DNA of 43,631 nt from Acidobacteriota bacterium (GTDB lineage Bacteria > Acidobacteriota > Terriglobia > Acidiferrales > UBA7541), in NCBI GenBank assembly GCA_003156635.1, contig PMHK01000147.1, positions 621 through 44,251 on the forward strand. The letters run 5' to 3'. A program made the translations under genes and the position numbers. The notes beneath the pieces are model-generated. The model saw only the letters and a list, made by a program, of their open reading frames with translations. It was not told the origin of the DNA and searched no databases. This document shows positions 38,777 through 43,631 of this stretch, in pieces (within the stretch, counting starts at the first letter, position 1; each line of letters begins with the position of its first letter).

Positions 38777-38852
38777 TCCCAGTTCCTCACTTTGAACCGC
38801 TGACTCACGAAGGTTCCGTACAGAACTGCCTGAAGTCCTTTTGCACGAAAAT

Positions 38853-38870
38853 TAATTGTAACAACAATTA
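38853..38870. promoter_or_regulatory. 7-4-7 palindrome in a short AT-rich island upstream of the dehydrogenase gene
   Basis: TAATTGT-AACA-ACAATTA lies within ...GAAAATTAATTGTAACAACAATTAGAAATG..., 77 nt upstream of the start at 38776. It is unusually AT-rich for this window. Confidence 0.4.
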
Positions 38871-38938
38871 GAAATGCCAGGAAGGAACGGAGAGCATCGC
38901 CAGCGAAAGCACACCCAGAAACCTGAAATTCTACGAGT

Positions 38939-39427
38939 TCAGCAATCGAGGGCGTGGCGGCCGGCGCTGTCGATGGTGAAGGGAGTGGGCAGCGGCACGA
39001 TCAATTTTCCGCCGCGGCCGAGAAAATCGCGCTCGCGCATTTGAATTTCGTTCAGGAAGTGCCAGGGTAGAACCAGAAAATCGTTGGCAGGGGCGCGAGC
39101 TTCCGCTTCGGAGATTATGGGAATCCAGGTGCCGACCGTAAAGCGGCCCCATTTTTCAGGGTTGCGCTCCGCCGCGGAACGAATCAGGCTGCGGTCGAGC
39201 CTAAAGACTTGCAGGAGCGTGTTGCCTTTGGTGGATGCGCCGTACACGGAGAGCTGATTATTGCGGGCGATCTCGCTTTCGACAAAGGCGCGCAGCCGTT
39301 CGCCAATTCTGCGAATGCGGCTGCTGAATTTGGCATAGGTCCGAATTTGGGCGAGGTTGGCAAATTGTTCTTTGGCGCGCAAGGCTTCAGTTTTTTTGCC
39401 ACTACGCTCGAGCCTCTTCGTTGTCAT
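38939..39427 (-). pseudogene. remnant of an NDP-sugar C-methyltransferase: only the C-terminal (Methyltransf_14-like) domain remains
   Basis: The 162-aa ORF matches only the C-terminal domain pattern of TylCIII-type C-methyltransferases (...QLSVYGASTKGNTLLQVF...AAERNPEKWGRFTVGTWIPIIS...DFLVLPWHFLNEI...GGKLIVPLP). The N-terminal zinc-binding and SAM-binding domains are absent. The space upstream is occupied by the divergent cpsB-like gene. Confidence 0.55.
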
Positions 39428-39457
39428 CTTTTTGCTCGTGCGCTATCCTCGTTCGCA

Positions 39458-40249
39458 ATGATCGACATTCATTGCCACATACTTCCCGAGCTTGACGACG
39501 GGTCCGAATCGCTCGAAATGTCGGTCGAGATGGGAGAAATGGCCATAGCGGATGGCGTCACACACGTTATCGGCACACCGCACGCACATCCTAAGTACCC
39601 TTTTGTTCCCGAATTGGTACAGAAGCGGCGGGACGAGCTGCAGGCGCGGTTCGAGGGGCGGCTAACGATTGCTACGGGCTGCGATTTTCATCTGAGCTAC
39701 GAGAATTTGCAGGAGATCCGGCACTCACCAACCCGGTACACGTTAAACCAGAAAAAGTATCTGCTGGTAGAGTTTGCCGACTATTCCATTCCGCCCTCAA
39801 CGGACCAGACGCTGCACGAATTGCACCTGGCGGGAATCTGGCCGATCATTACGCATCCGGAACGCAACCCGCTGATTCGCTCGAAGCCGGAAAGGTTCTT
39901 TCGCTGGCTGCGACAGGGATGCTACGCGCAAGTAACGGCGCAATCGCTATCTGGAAAGTTCGGAAAACCGGCGCAAGAGACGGCGGAGCAGTGGATCGGG
40001 CTCAACGCGGTGCATTTTTTGGCGAGCGATGCGCACAACGTGACGACCAGGCCGCTGAAGCTGAAAGAGACGTTCGATCGGGTGACGAAAACGTGGGGCG
40101 CGGATGTGGCCCAGGCGCTGCTGGTCGACAACCCGCGTGCCGCGTTCGACGGGAAGTCGCTGCCGTGGGTCCCGGAACTGGATGAGGACATCGGCCTCGC
40201 ACCGGGCGGGACTTCCACGCGGAAGCGCAAACGCTTTTGGTTTTTCTAG
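39458..40249 (+). CDS. CpsB/CapC-type PHP-domain protein-tyrosine phosphatase
   Basis: ORF trimmed to the ATG at 39458. MIDIHCHILPELDDGSES...VTHVIGTPHA...LVEF...ITHPER...ASDAHN are the conserved metal-binding motifs of the CpsB family. Confidence 0.85.
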   Translation: MIDIHCHILPELDDGSESLEMSVEMGEMAIADGVTHVIGTPHAHPKYPFVPELVQKRRDELQARFEGRLTIATGCDFHLSYENLQEIRHSPTRYTLNQKKYLLVEFADYSIPPSTDQTLHELHLAGIWPIITHPERNPLIRSKPERFFRWLRQGCYAQVTAQSLSGKFGKPAQETAEQWIGLNAVHFLASDAHNVTTRPLKLKETFDRVTKTWGADVAQALLVDNPRAAFDGKSLPWVPELDEDIGLAPGGTSTRKRKRFWFF

Positions 40250-40259
40250 AGAGTTTCGC

Positions 40260-42128
40260 CTACTTAAACAATTCCAGAATTTCTTCGTAGCGTTTGAAGG
40301 GCGCAATCAAATACGCACCGGCGATGCTTTCGCTGCGGGCGCCGTGGGCCCATTCGAGCATGCGACGGGCGAGCACAAACCCGCGCTCGCGCGCCGCTTC
40401 ACCGGCTTTATCCATTTCGTGCAGCGTGGCTTCGGGGATGACGATTCCGGGGACTTCGTTATTCAGCCGCAAGGCTTGTTTGTAGCTGGTCAGCGGCCAC
40501 AGGCCGACGATGATCGGGATGGGTGATTTTCCGCCCAGGCGTTTCAGAAACAGCCTCCAGTGTTCCGGATCAAAAATCGGCTGGGTCATGGCGAAGTGCG
40601 CGCCAGCAGCAACTTTTTCCTCGAAGCGGCGGAGTTCTTCATCGATATTTTCAGCGACGGGATTTACGGCGACGCCGATGGTGAAGTTGGTTGCGCCGCC
40701 GAGACTTTTTCCAGCCCAGTCGGTGCCTTGATTCAGTCGCGATAAAACTTTCACCAAGCCGATGGAATCGACTTCGTAGACTCCGCTGGTTTCGGGATGA
40801 TCGCCGAGCGAAGGAGGATCGCCAGTGATCGCGAGAATATTCCGGACGCCGCCGACGGCCCAGGCGCCGAGCAGCATGGCCTGGAGGCCGATGATGTTGG
40901 CGTCGCGGGTGGTGACGTGCGGGATGGTTTCGAAGCCGTGGGCTTCGAGCGCTCCGGCCAGGACCATGGCATCCATGCCGACGCGCGCGAGGGTGCCGCT
41001 GTTGATGTCGATGGAGTCGACTTCGGAATGGGCCATGACCCGAGTGACTTGATCGAGGATACGCTCGATAGAGACGCCTTTCGGCGGATCGACTTCTACC
41101 GAGGTGACAAATTTTCCGGCCTGAATTCTTTTCCAGAGTTTGCTTTCCGGCTCGCGAGCTACCGCGCGACGCAGGCGCTCGGCGGGATCGGCGACTTCCA
41201 CGGTTTCGGTGACCGCCCGGGCGCCCCGGGCGCCAGAAGATGCGGGAGTAATCTTTTTCACGGCCTCAGCCATGGCGTGGATGTGATCCGGCGTGGTGCC
41301 GCAGCAGCCGCCGAGAATGCGCACTCCGATTTGGGCCGCTTCTTTGGCGAAAAGCGCGAAATATTCCGGAGAGGATCGCGGGTAGACCGTGCGATCGCCG
41401 ATACGTTTGGGGAATCCGGCGTTGGGCATGGCGGACAAGGGAATCGTGGCGTTGGCGGCGAGACTCTGCAAAACCGGCAGAAGAAGCTGCGGACCGATGG
41501 TGCAATTCGCGCCGATGGCTTGAATATTTTTCTCTTTTAGTTTTTCCCAAGCGTCTTGGGGGCGAGTGCCGCCGAAAGTGGTGCCTTCATCGGAATAGGT
41601 GAGCTGGGCGACGACGGGGAGCCGGGAAAACGAACGGATTGCGTCGACCGCGGCCGCAAGTTCATCGAGGTCGCTGAAGGTTTCGAGGACGAAAAGATCG
41701 ACGCCGCGTTCTTCGAGCGCTGCGGCCTGCTCCTTGAAAATGGCCACGATTTCGTCGGGCGGCAGGTTGCGCACGTGCTGCTGAATTCCCAGCGGGCCGA
41801 TGGAGCCGGCGATGAGGACTTCGTGTTTGGCGGCTTCGCGTGCTTCGCGCGCAATTTTTACGGCGCGATGGTTCAATTCGGCCACGCGTTCGGCCATGCC
41901 GAATTGGGCCAGCTTGTTGCGGTTGGCGCCAAAGGTATTGGTCTCGATGATCTGTGCGCCAGCTTCAATGTAGGTCTGGTGCACGTGAAACACGGCTTCG
42001 GCGTGCGTGGAATTCAGTTCGTCGACGCAGCGCTGGGGTCCGACGGTTTCGTAGAGCAGGGAACCCATGGCGCCGTCGGTGACCAGGATTTTTTGGGCCA
42101 GGCGCTCGTTGAAATCTTCAATCCGCAT
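40260..42128 (-). CDS. bifunctional homocysteine S-methyltransferase / 5,10-methylenetetrahydrofolate reductase (YitJ-like)
   Basis: The N-terminal Hcy-binding domain has ILVTDGAMGS, IETNTFGAN, GANCTIGP and GGCCGTTPDHI (Zn-Cys motifs). The C-terminal ~290 aa is MetF-like (VEVDPPKG, TTRD..., ILAITGDPP). Confidence 0.85.
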   Translation of the reverse strand: MRIEDFNERLAQKILVTDGAMGSLLYETVGPQRCVDELNSTHAEAVFHVHQTYIEAGAQIIETNTFGANRNKLAQFGMAERVAELNHRAVKIAREAREAAKHEVLIAGSIGPLGIQQHVRNLPPDEIVAIFKEQAAALEERGVDLFVLETFSDLDELAAAVDAIRSFSRLPVVAQLTYSDEGTTFGGTRPQDAWEKLKEKNIQAIGANCTIGPQLLLPVLQSLAANATIPLSAMPNAGFPKRIGDRTVYPRSSPEYFALFAKEAAQIGVRILGGCCGTTPDHIHAMAEAVKKITPASSGARGARAVTETVEVADPAERLRRAVAREPESKLWKRIQAGKFVTSVEVDPPKGVSIERILDQVTRVMAHSEVDSIDINSGTLARVGMDAMVLAGALEAHGFETIPHVTTRDANIIGLQAMLLGAWAVGGVRNILAITGDPPSLGDHPETSGVYEVDSIGLVKVLSRLNQGTDWAGKSLGGATNFTIGVAVNPVAENIDEELRRFEEKVAAGAHFAMTQPIFDPEHWRLFLKRLGGKSPIPIIVGLWPLTSYKQALRLNNEVPGIVIPEATLHEMDKAGEAARERGFVLARRMLEWAHGARSESIAGAYLIAPFKRYEEILELFK

Positions 42129-42191
42129 GTCCGGTTAGCTCGCCTCGATTCGATCTGAAATGCACCCGGCCCGCACAGTTAAGAAGGCCGT

Positions 42192-42224
42192 ATCAAAAGT
42201 CACCCATTATATCATCCGGGCGAC
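42192..42224 (-). terminator. hairpin + U-tract in the CBS / yitJ-like intergenic region (terminator or attenuator candidate)
   Basis: Minus strand reads GUCGCCC-GGAUGAUAUAAU-GGGUGAC-UUUUGAU. The stem is 7 bp including one G-U, with a 12-nt loop. It lies about 130 nt after the CBS stop and about 65 nt before the yitJ-like ATG. Confidence 0.3.
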
Positions 42225-42353
42225 TTTCTCCCACGATGCCATGCCGGGCGTTATCCGACCGCTACCTCGCCAAGATTGAAGAGTGACGTGCCGATTTCAA
42301 GGACGTTGTCGCGGAGGACGAGGCATCAAAAGTGTAATTGCGAGGTATGCGCC

Positions 42354-43631
42354 TCAGCGTTTTTGCGTGGCCAGACCGGCGATGGTGTCCATCAAGTCAA
42401 ACTTGGTCAGCACTTCGAGTTTGGCGTCGGGCATTTCCACGAAAACGGCGGGACTGTCGTGGCTGAGAATGTAGGTGACGCGCTCGATGGGTGAATTCGC
42501 CGGGACTTGCGGAAGCGGGTTGCCCATGACTTCGCGAATGACGAGTTTGCGGAGATCTTTCCCCTGCAGCGCCAGATTCAGAATTTGATCTTCAAATACC
42601 GAGCCGATCGATTTTCCTTCTTCGAAAACCGGAAGCTGCGAAATGTCCTGCTGCTGCATGGTCTGCAGCGCGTGAAATACCGTTTGATAAGGACCGACGA
42701 CAATCATGTCGCGGGTTTTGCCATTCTGACGTTTGACGCGGATGACGTCGGCGGCGGATAGCGCTACTTCAGCGTCGGTGTAGCTGTGCTCCCGCATCCA
42801 GCCGTCGTTGTAAACCTTCGACATGTAACGCGAGCCGGAATCAGGCATGAAGGCGACGATCATGTCGCCCGGTTGGCAGGTCTTGGCCAGCTTCAGCGCA
42901 GCAGAAATGCAGCCGCCGCCGGAACCGCCGGTGAAGATGGCTTCCTGTTTGGCGAGCCGTCGGGCCCAGACGAAACATTCTTCGTCGTTCACCTGGTAGA
43001 CGTCGTCGAGGATTTTCATGTTCATGGTGCCGGGAAAAAAATCTTCGCCGATGCCTTCGACCACGTAGGTCAGAGCTTTGCCGGTCTTGCCGGTTTTGAA
43101 TGCTTCGTAATACAGCGAGCCGACCGGATCGACGCCGATGATTTTGACGTTGGGATTTTGTTCCTTGAGATATTTTCCCACGCCGGAGATGGTGCCGCCG
43201 GTGCCCACGCCGCAAATGAAGTGAGTGATTTTGCCTTCAGCGTCTTTCCAGATTTCGGGGCCAGTGGTGTGGTAATGCGCGTCGGGGTTCGCCGGATTTT
43301 CATACTGATTGGGGTAAAAAGAATTTGGAATTTCGCGGGCGAGTTTTGCGGCCACGGAGTAATAGCTGCGCGGATCTTCGGGTTCGACGGCGGTGGGGCA
43401 AACGATTACTTCGGCGCCGAACGCTTTGAGCAGATCAATTTTTTCGCGCGATTGCTTGTCGGTGATGGTGAAGACGACTTTATAGCCGCGCACGCAGGCG
43501 ACCAGCGCGAGTCCCATGCCGGTGTTGCCGGAAGTTCCTTCGATGATGGTGCCGCCGGGTTTCAGTTTGCCGGTACGTTCGGCTTCATCGATCATCCACA
43601 GGCCGATGCGGTCTTTCACCGAGCCGCCGGG
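42354..43631 (-). CDS. cystathionine beta-synthase-type PLP enzyme (CysK/CBS fold + C-terminal CBS-domain pair); N-terminus outside window
   Basis: The frame stays open to the window end (PGGSVKDRIGLWMI... contains the PLP-lysine motif SVKDR). Other motifs: GTSGNTGMGLA, GVGTGGTISG and the C-terminal tandem CBS domains (...VVGPYQTVFHALQTMQQQDISQLPV... / ...IERVTYILSHDSPAVFV...). Confidence 0.85.
   Translation of the reverse strand, partial: PGGSVKDRIGLWMIDEAERTGKLKPGGTIIEGTSGNTGMGLALVACVRGYKVVFTITDKQSREKIDLLKAFGAEVIVCPTAVEPEDPRSYYSVAAKLAREIPNSFYPNQYENPANPDAHYHTTGPEIWKDAEGKITHFICGVGTGGTISGVGKYLKEQNPNVKIIGVDPVGSLYYEAFKTGKTGKALTYVVEGIGEDFFPGTMNMKILDDVYQVNDEECFVWARRLAKQEAIFTGGSGGGCISAALKLAKTCQPGDMIVAFMPDSGSRYMSKVYNDGWMREHSYTDAEVALSAADVIRVKRQNGKTRDMIVVGPYQTVFHALQTMQQQDISQLPVFEEGKSIGSVFEDQILNLALQGKDLRKLVIREVMGNPLPQVPANSPIERVTYILSHDSPAVFVEMPDAKLEVLTKFDLMDTIAGLATQKR

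Noticed and set aside
37820-38803. 327-aa ORF on the + strand
   Set aside because: It is antisense to the nucleotide-sugar dehydrogenase (clear NAD and catalytic Cys motifs), has shadow-ORF composition, and has no start context.
42129-42353. Calling the yitJ-type leader a SAM-I (S-box) riboswitch
   Set aside because: The gene context is suggestive, but I could not locate the invariant SAM-I core segments or a P1 helix by eye. I kept it only as a low-interest finding to be tested with covariance models.

Overview
GC-rich bacterial chromosomal window. It is densely coding on both strands: about 38 protein genes, 1 tRNA, and 2 decayed genes. I saw no rRNA, CRISPR array, transposase, integrase or phage genes. 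The gene families suggest an Acidobacteriota-like soil bacterium, for example secreted DUF3857/transglutaminase proteins, ECF sigma + membrane anti-sigma + TPR-CHAT, PilZ fusions and DUF1015/DUF3108; this taxonomy is inference only. Housekeeping content: sucA 3' part, aminotransferase, MFS transporter, galE, amidase, FAD disulfide oxidoreductase, CDF metal exporter, HAD phosphatase, a bifunctional homocysteine methyltransferase/MTHFR, and cystathionine beta-synthase (cut by the window end). The most interesting content is signalling. (1) A same-strand cluster at 4907-12276 encodes a GAF-PAS-GAF hybrid histidine kinase (two REC domains + Hpt) that overlaps by 4 nt a REC + RsbW-like serine-kinase response regulator. 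These are followed by a membrane protein, a PilZ - acidic linker - TM - TonB_C chimera, and a small basic helical protein. (2) Two further PilZ proteins: an MBL-fold hydrolase-PilZ fusion, and a stand-alone PilZ with a degenerate second motif inside a UDP-sugar/polysaccharide gene group. No GGDEF/EAL/HD-GYP gene is visible in the window. (3) A 5'-truncated, twice-frameshifted TPR-CHAT (caspase-like) gene sits 10 nt upstream of an ECF-type sigma factor and its putative membrane anti-sigma. (4) A tandem pair of secreted DUF3857/transglutaminase-like paralogs; one keeps the Cys-His-Asp triad and the other has lost Cys and His. (5) A remnant of a sugar C-methyltransferase lies 30 nt from a divergent CpsB-type PHP phosphatase, which looks like a rearrangement scar. 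All domain calls come from reading motifs in the supplied translations. No database search was run.
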